Of a stretch of 64,000 bases of DNA, positions 51,901-64,000 are shown piece by piece. A program made the translations under genes and the position numbers. The DNA is from Trichosphaerium sp. ATCC 40318 (Eukaryota; Protista; Tubulinea). The first letter of the stretch is position 1. The number at the start of each line of letters is the position of its first letter. The notes beneath the pieces were generated by a model, which searched no databases, was not told where the DNA came from, and saw nothing but the letters and a program-made list of their open reading frames with translations. The stretch lies in NCBI GenBank assembly GCA_038496445.1, contig JALMLS010000627.1, positions 124,001 to 188,000 of the forward strand. Direction: 5' to 3'.

Positions 51901-54900
51901 TTTTTCTGACTTTTTTTCGGCGGACTCTTTTTTTGCCATTTTTCTACCTTTCCTTTTCCTTCTTGGAGCCTTCTTTTTCAAATCACTCGATGTGATTCTA
52001 GACGCTTCAAATAATGATATACTGTCTAATCTCTTATTTTGAGGCATTGATCGTATTTGTTCGTCTTGGCGTGTATCTGCAAGCCTCTGTAAAGATGCAT
52101 TGCTAGTCCGTCGTGCTGGTTTTCTGACAAGTCGCTCTTGCTCGTCAGCACGTGTATCTGTAAATCTTGCAAATGAATCCCTAGCTAGCCTTGATATGCT
52201 GGTAGACCGCACTGGCTCATCCTGACGTGTATCAGCATATCTTACAGCTCCGCTCTTCATCTTCTGTAGTTTGTTACGCATTGGCATAGCTCTTGGTGCT
52301 GCAAATCCCATTGGTGGACATCCCGGCATCGGCGGAGGTCTATTAGGCTGTATAGCTTGGTTTACCATGGCTGATGGACGAGGTGGTGGCGGAGCGTCGA
52401 TCATTGGTATAGGCGTTGCGTTCATTCTAGGAGGAAGTGGGGCACCTCCTAATGCTGGCCTTGCTCTACGTTGCGCAGAGGAGGTAGTAGACGTAGGTTT
52501 TCTACTCATTGGAGCCTTAATAGTTAATATGCCACGTTTAGATAAAGCTTCATCACCAACGTAGCAGTCTTTCTGGCCCATACCAACCTACCAAAAAGTC
52601 AAAAAAAAAAAAAAACAGGATTGAAAAAAACAAAAATGGCTATTCACCATACCATGACACCCATGTGGCGAGGTCTACCTACAATAGCTCTGAATACAGA
52701 ACGTGGTGCGTCATCACCTGCGAATCCTTTTTTGGGGAAGAAGTTGTTAGTAAACTAAAAATACAATGCGATTTTTTTTTTTGTTATTATTATACCTGCT
52801 TTAATGTTAAACAATCCGTTATCAATAACGATAGGGGTAATTTGATCAATGTCAATATCAATTGTATTAAATACCATTGGAGGTGGAACTGGTGGTGGTT
52901 TTGGAGCATTTAGATCTAACAAGCCATAAGCATTTGTATCATCCTGACCATCATCTTGTTTAACCCAATCGAAGTCTATAAGGAGTTAGCAAATGTCCTT
53001 AAATTAGTAACAGCTCTACTATATTGTTCTTTTTCATCAATGCTAGTGTATAAAAACCCGCACTCAAAAGTTTTATAACGGTGATAAGAGTGAAAGTTGA
53101 GTAAATTTTATAGCAGAGATAATGTACCAATGAACTCCATTTCTGGCTTCATCTCAATTGCCCAACATGTAGTGTGACCTCCTTTGGATCCTTCAGTAAG
53201 GTCTACAAAGCCAAGCATAGCAGACTGATAAGCTGGCTTTACACTACCCATATACAGATCGTATTCTGTGAAGTCATAATCGTTTAAAGTAACCAAATGG
53301 TTCGCAACTGGATCTCCAAGAGACTCTTTGTAATAATCTACAAAATCAAGAAACTGAGATGATCCAAAAGAAGTAGAATAAGCAGCATTCCACCAGGCTT
53401 TTTTAAATAAAACGTCAGTACATGTCATCGAGATAAAGACAAAGTTGTTTTACTTCAACAAAAAAAAGAGGGTTAAAAAACCCACAAAGGTGGTACCTAT
53501 TCTTCTGTTCCACATTTGAAGTACATACTGGATTTTCTCTTCGTCTAAATCTCTTTGCTTCTTTTTCTTAACTTCCATGATCTCCATGTACTTCTCATAC
53601 CACTCTATTCGATATTAAGTTGATATTATGGATTGTATTAAACTATCACTAAAAACGAACCTGTCATTGCCTTTGGAGGCTCAATTTCGTACTTCACGTA
53701 TTGATCAAAGTTTTCAAGAACAATCAGAGAAGTATGGGGAGATATGATACCATGAGCACGACCTAGAGCTAAGAATGTAGATATATGCTCCTTCTGCTCA
53801 TCTTCTTCAAGCTCCAACAGTGCTACACCCATACATTAACGCTTGTGCTCACAAAACACAAAGAGGTTTGGTGGTATAAAGAAGAAATCAGCGTACCATC
53901 AATCTTTTTCTTTGCCCAAAATCTAGGTATGAGTTCATCAACGATAATATCTGATTTTTCGGGCATGGAAATCGTAAACTGTTTCTTCTCGATAATCTTC
54001 TGCGCAGTCCCAAACACTTACAAATAAAACGTTATTGACAATCGCTATTTTACTATACCTTAGGCGTACCTAGTGTTATTTTCACTGGTTTGGTGATACC
54101 AGGAAGTGTAGATCCACATAAGGAAAACATGCCGTTCGATTCCAATGTCACCACATTTCTGTAAAAAAAAGTTAGGAAGGGATTGTATGTACAAGAACTA
54201 CCTTGGAAAGAGTTTTTCAGCATCGATTTGTTTCTCATCATATTCTGCGTATAAGAAAGATACTTCTTGTGCACCTGTGAGTTTATTGACTGCCGCAGTG
54301 ATATTATTTGGTTGCTCCTAAGATGTACATTAACACCTTCCTTAATATGACTTTTATCATTTTACCTTTAAGTTGGTGTAGGAACCACCACTGTTCTTTG
54401 CCCATCTCTTAAGTGATCGGAAATCAGCTTTAGCTTCGCAGCTAAATATATGAAGAGGACATTGTATCTAAACATATTAAGCGACAACACCAAGAAGGGA
54501 CAAAAACTAATGACTTTTTGTAATCCAAAAACAAAAAGGTTAAAATCGTACTTGTTGAATAGGCTCGTTTGATAATGAATTAATACCGTTGGTAAACATC
54601 AAAGCGAACATATATTCGCCCGAAGCATTCGGTACACCCATTGCTCTTCGGCTACGAAGGACACGGATATCTCCAAAATCAGTACCTTAAATAGCTTAAG
54701 TTAACAGAACTTATAACAAAAAAATAGCTGGTGAGCCAAAAGCAAGACATACCGCCATCATAAAAAGTATTGTTAATATGGTTTGTAACACTTGATATTT
54801 GTCCTCTAGTAATATTAAACGTTTTGATATCTGTGTCAACCATATTACGAAAAAAGATAACATCAATTGTGCACGTGTTAAAATGCCCAGAAATTAACTT

Positions 54901-56202
54901 GGTAAGGATTGACTGATAAGTGCTAATATTTGCCTTGTTATCTTGAGACCTTGAAGAGTCCCATAGCAAGCAAATATTAGGGTTTGAAGGCATTGATCCT
55001 GTACTACAAAGGCATTAATCTTGAGACTGTACTGGGATTGTTTTGAAAAAAGACGCACGATGACTGAATTGGGATTACGTCAGCAATCGAAAAGTCACAA
55101 GGTTTTGACTCGCTCGCTTTAGAAGCTATTAGAAAACTAGAAGCTGAAAGCTTCAAGGTAATACTATGTGATTTTGGTGCGACTTTCATATTGGTCATGG
55201 AGCTCTGAGCCCGGGAATCCTACGCAGAGGTAAGCGAGCAATTTAATCTATTTTATAACTAAACCACGAACACTATTATTGCTCAAGGTCATGCCCTTAA
55301 ATACTCCTGTGCCTGTTACAATACAATCAAGATTACACCCTTGTGAAGCTGCAATCTAACAGGAAACAAAGTTAATTTCATGACGAGCGTAAGGCGATGG
55401 ATTACGTTGAACATAGTTTTAAACGTATCAATTTTCTCAGTTTGACCAAAAGAAAGTCCTAAATTGTACGAAGCAGACTTCGTACTACCGCCTACACTAG
55501 AGTTAACAACCAAAAAGTAGTGAATATTTTGTACTCTTGACGATATTAAGCTGTTGAAAGTACGTCACACGGAGCTGTCTTGATCCCTTTTGCTGAGTTA
55601 GAAAAAGCAAGATTTGCTTGACAATCTGTTCGTACTTTTTTAGGCACGGGGTAAACACGTGTTTTATATACGTTGCCAACAACTTGCTCTATTATTGAAG
55701 GTGCTGATTTATTCTCCCTTCTCTCTGTTTCAAAGGCAACTCTCGATTTCTCTTTTTCTACAACGACCTGTACAATTGCAGTGAGCAACATAATTATTGC
55801 CAAAATAAGCTTATCCACTCAGGTGAGAGTTTGTGGCTTGGTTTTGGTTTTATTTTGTTTGAATGCTAACGTACACCTTCAACCATCACACCTTTTACGT
55901 CGCAAGCGTATCCACATACAGATGACCCTGTTTGGTACATGAGGTTAATAAATAAAAATAGGTTCGGTTAGAATACCTTCTGTTAGAGGTACCACAAGCT
56001 CTGCTTCGAAAGCTTCGTTCAAATTGTTTTTAAAAACCATATCAAGGGTAGTTTGCGCTAAAAACCCATTTATAACAACCGTGGCAGTTATCTAATAGCG
56101 TTGAGGAATATACAACGTTATAATATCGGTTTTATCTACCTCTTGTAACGGTATTGTTATTCCTCTGTCTTTTACCTCTAAACGAAGTAATTGATCACTC
56201 AT
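49000..56202 (-). CDS. VIT-vWA-[actin N-fragment / Pro-Lys linker / ARPC1 C-fragment / actin core fragment]-TPR-DUF2135(YfaP) fusion protein
   Basis: VIT ([20 protein letters not shown]), vWA ([12 protein letters not shown]|T), HTSLIVLE, actin segments, WD40 blade, TPR ([14 protein letters not shown]), DUF2135 ([23 protein letters not shown]|GFGPVEY). Junctions across the insert are in frame. Confidence 0.85.
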
Positions 56203-56450
56203 TAGTTGTATTATTCGTATACAATGGTTTGACTGTGCAATAGTCTCAAAAAAAAAGTCTTGGTTTTCAGATTCAATGAAAAAAAACTTGACAGAAATTT
56301 TGCGAAGTTGACGGTAAACCAATTCATTGTTTCGCAATGTTGAAGGTTTGTATCATGTAACTTACAAATATAGACAAAAAGGTCGTGCAATCAATATATT
56401 CTGTGGAACACAAGTAGTAAAAAAAGCTGTATGTACATTTGTGGTTTTTT

Positions 56451-57131
56451 TTACTTTTTTTCTGTAAAGCCACCAGTGGAGCCAAATCCACCGCTACCTC
56501 TAGAAGTGTCATCTAGATCTTCAACTTGTTGTACAGGAGGTGTAGAGCATTTCTCTAGGATGAGTTGAGCGACGCGGTCGCCAACAGAAACTAAAAATCG
56601 TTAGCAATTCTGTACTTGATTTTTTTCTCGTTTTTGAGCGTTGCACGCCTTATGCATACACACGAAACTCTACATTCGGTTTTGGATAATGTTAGAAAGA
56701 GTACGCATACCTTTAAAGTTTGTTTGAGCATGGTTAAACAAAACTACGCCTACGGATCCTCTGTAATCTCTATCGATAACACCAGCTATAAAAACGGCGT
56801 GTTAGCAAGAGCGAAAAAACAAAGCGGGAAAAATTTTTCGGCGCGAAGTAAACTAAACAATACGTACCGCCTACATCTATGTGTTGCTTCCACGCAAGAC
56901 CAGATCTAGGAGCAATACGGCCATAATGACCCTCTGGAACCGCAATAGCAATATCTGTCTTCACCAACGCTTTACCTTGCGCAGAGATAACCTTACGTAA
57001 AACTTAAGTTTAAAAAAGTAACGTTTCTAGCTTACGCATTCTTGGGAAGCATACAAATCGTATCCAGCCGCCATATTAGAACCACGTGTTGGCAATTTGG
57101 CTGTTTGAGCGAGTAATTTTACCTTTAGCAT
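56451..57131 (-). CDS. DUT: dUTP pyrophosphatase (trimeric dUTPase)
   Basis: [43 protein letters not shown]. Confidence 0.97.
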
Positions 57132-57228
57132 GAGAATGGTTAGTGTACTTTGAAGTTTGATTTGTTTTCACCGCAACAAAAACAAGTCCTTGGAATTCTT
57201 CACCACTCCATCTTCGAAAGGGGTTTCT

Positions 57229-58648
57229 AGCTGTTTACGTAAAGAAACCTAGCGAGTGTTCTTTGATTGTTTGCATAGCGAACCTGATTCACTGTACAAA
57301 TTCTGGATGTCCGGTTTTTTTGTTCCCACTCAGCAAATGCGTAGGAAATAAACGTACACCGTTTTTTGATAATATAGTGTCAAGCAGTAAGTGTCCAAGC
57401 AAACACTTTACGAAAATGTCTAAGAACTGGTATGTCAATCATTTTTGGTAGCGTCAGTCGTAATACAATCGTGAGGGAGGTTTGCAACGTGTTAAATAGT
57501 TTGCTCTCACTCAAATCTTCGTACTGAATGTAGTGACTGATATGGTATACACCCTCTAACTTGAAAATGGTTCTCGCAAGTTTCGCGACTGTGTATGTGA
57601 AATGTTTACAAACGCCACTCGCGTAGAAAGGCACCTATAGCTAAGGTAGTATTGATAAAAGGACATATATCTCATATATCTATGGGTAGTGTCCTTGGAG
57701 ATTATCATGTATGGTAGTTCGCGTTCACGACCATACGGAACTAAAAACTAAAAACTACAAAACCGACCATCTACCAAATATCCAAAAAATGTTTAAATCA
57801 CGTGGTATTCACACAAGTACTACTGGCTGTTAAGAAATGAATAATACTTGCAAGATATTCTAAATATATGGAGAAACTACATTCACTGCTTCCGTTACAA
57901 AAGGTTGAATGAGCGGTGAATCATTGTCTAGCCAAAAAAAAAAAACATCCAACTAAGCAGTTTTAATAGTCTAGTCAAGGTGACTACCTCGTTTCTTATC
58001 TGATATTGATATCATAATACTTACTGCCTATTTACGTCAAAGTAAACTGCGTGTCAACTGCAGAAACTCACAAATATCTGAATCTTTGGTGTGGGTTGAG
58101 ACTGCACGTGATGGTAATGCCAATACTAAACTTTTCATTTCGCACAACACAGCCTCATTCTTCACTACGTCATTCTATTTTAGCTTGAGAGGGCTTGGTG
58201 TGAATAGTAGTTTCTGATGAGTTTTCCATCACATAACATAAACGTAACCATTCTGACAAATAGTTTTGTGATAGAAATCACCCAGTTTGTGTTCCGCACG
58301 GAAAAAGGGAATGACTACCAACCTATCCTTTAATTAGTCAGAAAAAAGTTGTCTCGGAAAAAAAAAGTAAAAGTGTATCTCTAGGCTGAATTTTGTAGTT
58401 TTTCGATAAATAGTGAACAATAAAAATAAGAAAAGTCAAACTGTTTGTTGGCGTCACCCGTTTTGTACAAATACAGAATAACAATCGTATACTGTTTTTT
58501 TTACTATCACACGCTCTGGTTTGTTCACAAAATAGCCATTGTGTAACAAAACTAAATAAAGAAAAGAATATAACGCGACATAACTTAAGCTAAAATGGCT
58601 AATGAATTGAAGTAACCATAACGGCAGTATACTAGCACTAATGTACAA
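57229..58648 (-). CDS. Possible hypothetical protein with N-terminal hydrophobic segment
   Basis: Several short exon-like open segments; no motif recognised and the structure is unresolved. Confidence 0.3.
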
Positions 58649-58657
58649 CTCCTTATA

Positions 58658-60550
58658 ATGTTATTTCAATTATTAACACCGCAACAAAGGGAAATAACAA
58701 CGGATACCTGTGACTATTGCGGAGAAGCTTGTAAGACTATAAAGAAGTGCTCTGGATGTACCTTAGCGATATATTGTTCACGAGCATGCCAAGTAAGTAC
58801 ATATCGGATATTATTAACTCTCGGGGCTGCAGTCGCTCATAGCTACGTAGGTATCTGACTGGCAGCGTCATAAAACTCAGTGTACATCTTACGACAATGT
58901 TGAGGAGACTATAGAGCTCTCAACCTATGTAGAAGACACCAAGAGTAAACGGACTACGCTAAAACAAGCAGCACAAAAGATACTTCGAGAAAAGATTGCT
59001 ACAAAAAAGAATGCTGTTTCAAATGGAGGCTTAGACCCTGAAAGTACGTTTAAGCAGTTATAAGATAACCGATTTTCTGTATTTCGTTATATTTGTCAGT
59101 CGACGAGTTTCCACTTACCGTTTTTAGCCTTAATAGAAGAGCTAGGCGTAGAAACACGCTACAACGCGAATAGATCATTATCTAACGTAGAAATTACAAA
59201 TTGTAAAAATTCAGTAGCGGCTATGACAAAAGGACTTCATGAACAACAACCTAATCGTACGTCGCGTTAAAAACTATTTCTCTTTTGTATACAGTGTACA
59301 AAAAAATTTTGGATCCAAAATTTGAAACATTTTCGTTGAGATTTCACTTCCTCTTATTGTGTACTACTAGCCACCTTCGAAAATGCATTATATAGGTTCA
59401 TGTACTACTGTAGAACAGATGAATGCATGAAAACAATGGTTGACTTGCAGGTACGTTGTGATTTGATATTAAAAAAAAAATTATTGTTTTTACGAAAAAA
59501 AAAATAGATCATAAGTTCAAGTGTTTGTTGCTGCATGTATCTAAAACGATTTCAGTACATTGTTGTATAAATACTAACGAAATTTTTTTTAAATTTGTAG
59601 GCGCTTAGTATCTGTAAGATGTGTATTTTTTTGGCTGCTTACAATGTCAATTTCAAACCAGAAGCTACAATAGAAAATAGAACAAAACTTACATGGGTTG
59701 GTGTATACTGCATTGCTAAGTTAAGCATGAATCATCGCGTGGCTGAATACTTTGTAAAACAAGGCGTTCATAAGGTAAACTATCTAATACAAGGGTGTCT
59801 TTTTGACAAACAAAAAAAAAAATCACCAAAATGATCTTTTCCTGTCCTTCCTTTTTATTTTTTCATCTCGCTTTCTTGGGTTTTGTTTAAGCTTGTGAGT
59901 GAAGTTAAATAGATCACGTTTATGCTATTTTGCGCTTTATATCGTATATAACATTTATAATAGGGCATGTATCGCTTGGCAATAAATCCAGGAGCAACTG
60001 AAATGATGAGATTCTGGTGCTGGCAGTGTGTAACAGAGCTCGCTACAATTGATCTACCAGATACCCCAGCGAACGTAGCAAGACATGCCATACGTTTCCT
60101 ATTGTCAGAAAAGGCACAGGAGCTATACACGTTCACCGAAGCTTGTACGTTCTTCCCGGAGTTATTTTTTTGTTTCACACCGATCTTTTTACACACGTGA
60201 CGCAATGTACTTCCAAAGAAAGATCTAACTCTGTTTTTTATATAGCTGATAACCTTGGCGCTGTAGAAACAAGTGTACCTTATTGTTACGCTGGATTAAG
60301 GTTTTTGAGTGCTATGACGATGTTTTGGAAAATAGACCTTCAACAACATGGTTTGGTTCCGCTTTCACTTGGTCCATATATAAATCACAAGGATGGTCAT
60401 ATAAGGAGGCTTGCTAAGGTTCTATCTCTTAATTCTATTGACCAACCTTCTGCTGAAGAGTGGAATAAGAAATATAGTAATGAACGTGTTTCAGAGACGT
60501 GGCATACAAGATTTCAGCTAAAACGATTCCTCACAACTGACGAAGCTTGA
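58658..60550 (+). CDS. MYND zinc-finger protein with helical (ARM-like) C-terminal region
   Basis: CDYC...CSGC...YCSRACQ|VSDWQRHKTQC. Confidence 0.85.
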
Positions 60551-60994
60551 AAGAAAAAAAAACACCTACACAAAAACAAATGTCCAGCACCTGTATAATA
60601 ATTAAAGCGTATGTAAACTAGTACCTTGAACGAACATTGCTTTATCACCTTGAAGTTTGCAAGAACAAGTTCATAGTATGTCAACCTACCAAGGCAGATT
60701 CTGTAGCTTCTGTCGCTAACAGTCCGTCTTTTATTACGCGCTTACACTGTATAAATGAGATAGTTTATAGTAGCTTTGAATAAGTAATCGATAGGTACGC
60801 ACAAGTAAGTTAAAGGCGATAAGGTACATAATTTGAAAAAAACAATTAATTGGAAAACTCGCTAATTTTCGGTGCTACAAGTATTTCAAGTAAGCGTCCA
60901 ACAGCTACTTGCTGAAACGTTCATTACATCTCCTTTTCGCCGATTTTTAATCGTGTTCTATTAATTAGCTGCGTAACCTTCAAACCTTTAACTG

Positions 60995-61699
60995 CTTTAC
61001 AGAACCATACACATTTGAGTATTGGGGGAAGTTGTATTCTGGTTTCTCCCTTCAAGCTAACTGATATCTTCCCTACAAACCTGTATAGCGTGCCCTCCTC
61101 GATACGTGGTCTGGTACTAGGGCCATTCTACAAACACAATCAGAGCAAGTAGCTGCAAAGTGACTGTACCCAATATTCTATCTTGATGGACTCTCCGTTG
61201 TTATTAATGACAGTACATCCAAAGAAGTGATTAGAGGACCTTACTTGCGCAGTTTTTGTATCGATAAAACCTGATAAGAGTAAGAAAAGTAGAGTTGTTC
61301 GTCATACCATAGATCTCTACATAGTGTATCTTAAGTTCCTTCAAACCTCTAATAATAACGTCCCTATCGTAAGGACCAATCCGTCTCGCCTATTGGAACC
61401 AATTTAATCAGCGACTACGCGCAAAGTGGTTTGCATTCAAGTACATTATGAGCCATTGGTATTGATAGCGTGTGTATTATCTTTTCGTGTTGGAATTTGA
61501 GGTTTGGCTGCTCGAAGATCGGGAAGAAATCCCTTCCAAACTCATCTTTAGCCTTACCAAAAGAACTCAAAGGCTTGTTTCTCGTATCTCTTGCGTAGGG
61601 ATTCAAACTCTTTTTCAGCTGAGGCGTTAAAGCAAGCTTGAACGGTTTCTGAGGCGGGTAGCCTTTGACGAACTTTAGTTCTCTAGTCATCTTGGACAT
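60995..61699 (-). CDS. Hypothetical protein, multi-exon
   Basis: MSKMTRELKF... ORF followed by GT-AG-bounded exons; 3' end uncertain. Confidence 0.45.
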
Positions 61700-62097
61700 T
61701 GAAGAGCCCTCTAAACTATAACTTAGTGCTCTCGTTAACTCTGTTAAGTAAGGGCGCAAAAAACAATAAGTACTGTACTAAAAACAATAAATATTTGAAG
61801 GAATGCCAAAAGCAATCGAACGGATGGAATGACTGTCAAATTTTGTGCTTAGTGTCTAAGCTAAAAACAAACATTATCTATTGCCTTCTGGATGTGACAA
61901 ACAAACAAAACAGATTGTAGGAAACAATCTTGGTCAGTTTTATTAAGAGTCAGACAGCAAAAAAACAACACTACAAACAAAAAAGCTTGTCTGCAGACCC
62001 TGTTTGCTATAGGCTGTTTGGTGAGTGATTATGCCTGAATTAGCCCACCTCCTTTCCTCTAAAACGTCCATAAAACGCAAGCTGTCCAACCATTCTA

Positions 62098-62871
62098 TCA
62101 ACACATTCTGCCAGACACATAATTAAATTTTCCTTGTAAGGTTCCATCTCCATTCCATGTTGTAAACTCTCCTTCCTTCTTACCATCAACATAATGACAA
62201 TGTGTCCAAAGCTGACCATCGTAATACCAATTCATATATTCTCCTTCAATTTTACCATTAACGTATGTACACTGTTTTTCTAACTGACCATCAATATGCC
62301 AGTGCCTGTAAACTCCTTCTCTTTTACCATTATCATAACAACATTTCTCTTCATAATTGCCATTAGTATGCCATCTGGTATACTCTCCATGTATTTTACC
62401 ATCAACATAATTACTATTCAATTGTATTTGATTGGTAGGATACCAACGCTTGTAACTTCCTTGTAGTTTACCATTGACATAATTACATTGTTCCCACACT
62501 CTTCCATTTGCATACCAACGGTTACTCTCTCCTTCTTGTTTACCATCTACATAATGGCATTGTGTCAATACTTGTCCATTCTCATACCAAGTAATTGACT
62601 CTCCATCACGTTGACCGTGTTTCCAATACTCTTTGGATACAAGGTGTAGGTTTGAGATGTTAAAGAACTCAACTTCTTTTTTTTTAAGCCATTTACTGTG
62701 TTTCTTCAAATCGTAATCAAACCTTGTTGTAATGGCAGCTTGTTTTGATAATAGAGGCCATTTTTTATATATCTCAAAGTCCAAGTCAATGATATCGAGA
62801 TGTATTTCCAGTGGAAGAAGCAGGAGACCATTGATATTTCCCAAATTACAAAATTCGGTATTAGAGGTCAT
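62098..62871 (-). CDS. F-box-like + MORN-variant (YwqK-like) repeat protein, intronless
   Basis: LLLLPLEIHLDIIDLD; about seven 24-aa repeats of the type YVDGKQEGE...WY.NGQ. Confidence 0.88.
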   Translation of the reverse strand: MTSNTEFCNLGNINGLLLLPLEIHLDIIDLDFEIYKKWPLLSKQAAITTRFDYDLKKHSKWLKKKEVEFFNISNLHLVSKEYWKHGQRDGESITWYENGQVLTQCHYVDGKQEGESNRWYANGRVWEQCNYVNGKLQGSYKRWYPTNQIQLNSNYVDGKIHGEYTRWHTNGNYEEKCCYDNGKREGVYRHWHIDGQLEKQCTYVNGKIEGEYMNWYYDGQLWTHCHYVDGKKEGEFTTWNGDGTLQGKFNYVSGRMC

Positions 62872-63150
62872 GACCTCTTTATACAAAGGTATTTTAGAGC
62901 AAAAACGCTACAATACGCCAATACGGTACGTACTAGATAGCTGTGTGCCGTATTCAGCGCTACACAGTCCACTAATCACCTTTACGTTAGGTTTACGATA
63001 ATACCACGTACAATGGAACAGTGTACAAAGCTCTGGTCAATGCTAGTACCAACGAGTCGGTCCTCTGAGACTAAGATTGACTGAAGTCAAAATACACTGT
63101 TTCAATCATTTCGAGACTTATTACAACAGCTTACTCTCCGCACTACAATC

Positions 63151-64000
63151 ATGAATTTCTTACGTATTTCAGTTGAACACGTGCTAGCATACTATCGTGA
63201 AAGCCACCGAGAAGTATTTGATAAAATTACTGAAGAACGTAAAGAAACATTTGTAAAACAACTTGAAAATACTCTAGATGACATAAATACAAGTCTCCTA
63301 AATCAGCTTGATCATTTTATTTACAACCACACTGATACCGTCATAAACGTAAAGAGTGATACGTACACAAGACATTCAGAAGGTTTAAAGCAACCAAAAT
63401 CGAAATTAAGAAGATCCAGGTATTTTTTGTTATTTTTTTGGTTTTTCGTCTTTGATCTTTCTTCTTTTTCTTCTCTTTTGTTCTCTGTTTGCTTTTTTGT
63501 ACTAACATCTTTTAGAAGAACCACGAGAACAGCTTTCATGTTTGAACCTGAACCACATATTCTTGATTTTCCAGTTGAAGTTATTTCAAACATTGTACAA
63601 AAAACTCGTGGAAAAGATAGATTTCCTGTTGCTCAATCGTGTCATCTTATGGCTGATATTATTCATGATATTGTCGGATACAAAAAGATTAAAGTTAGAA
63701 ACCTAGATGACATGTTGAGTATAAGAAAGTACAAGGGTATAATGAACAATAGTATTATTAGGCTCAGGTTCAAGAGCAGCTTGTTCTCTCTGTTATCGGG
63801 ATGTCGTAAGATTGATTCACATTTATTTACTACTTTGAAGGATGATGATCTGAAGGCTTTTGAAGGGGTTCGTTACTTCGACATGGAAGCCCACACCAAA
63901 GTGACAGCTATAGGTCTCAAAGCACTCAAAGGAGTCCACACTATTAACCTCAGTCGCTGTGCAAACTTAACAGATGAGGGCGTACAGGCACTGGCTGGAG
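63151..64000 (+). CDS. F-box + leucine-rich repeat protein (runs off window)
   Basis: ILDFPVEVISNIVQK (F-box); LKGVHTINLSRCANLTDEGVQALAG (LRR); one intron at about 63420-63514. Confidence 0.8.
   Translation, partial: MNFLRISVEHVLAYYRESHREVFDKITEERKETFVKQLENTLDDINTSLLNQLDHFIYNHTDTVINVKSDTYTRHSEGLKQPKSKLRRSRYFLLFFWFFVFDLSSFSSLLFSVCFFVLTSFRRTTRTAFMFEPEPHILDFPVEVISNIVQKTRGKDRFPVAQSCHLMADIIHDIVGYKKIKVRNLDDMLSIRKYKGIMNNSIIRLRFKSSLFSLLSGCRKIDSHLFTTLKDDDLKAFEGVRYFDMEAHTKVTAIGLKALKGVHTINLSRCANLTDEGVQALAG

Noticed and set aside
51617-52564. Long plus-strand ORFs (141 aa and 97 aa)
   Set aside because: They are antisense shadows of the Lys/Pro-rich exon of the actin-fusion gene.

Overview
This is a gene-dense, AT-rich, intron-rich eukaryotic nuclear window using the standard genetic code. 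Introns are short, typically GTAYGT/GTAAGT...CTAAC...AG. An amoebozoan protist is most likely (inference from the Slob-type FYVE-kinase-WH2 gene, the expansin-like gene and the actin motif [10 protein letters not shown]). About 30 genes could be reconstructed by hand-splicing, including PDH E1-alpha, Rab GDI, dUTPase, a CLC channel, TTLL, PhyH, TMEM39-like, NDUFA1-like, a bromodomain-ET protein, an Rnl2 RNA ligase and five F-box-type genes. Four observations stand out. (1) One continuous spliced ORF (49000-56202, minus) encodes a bacterial-type VIT-vWA-TPR-DUF2135 protein carrying a split actin and the C-terminal actin-contacting segment of ARPC1. (2) An unrecognised family of highly structured ~260-nt RNA-like elements shares an upstream region and a 3' hairpin domain (23205-23467, 37405-37670, 39242-39499, 39958-40060). 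(3) There are two minor-spliceosome (U12-type) introns, one AT-AC and one apparently AT-AA. (4) A near-identical 5' gene cassette is fused to two unrelated gene bodies, one with a HEPN-like RNxWAH motif. Exon boundaries and family calls are by eye; no database search was run.
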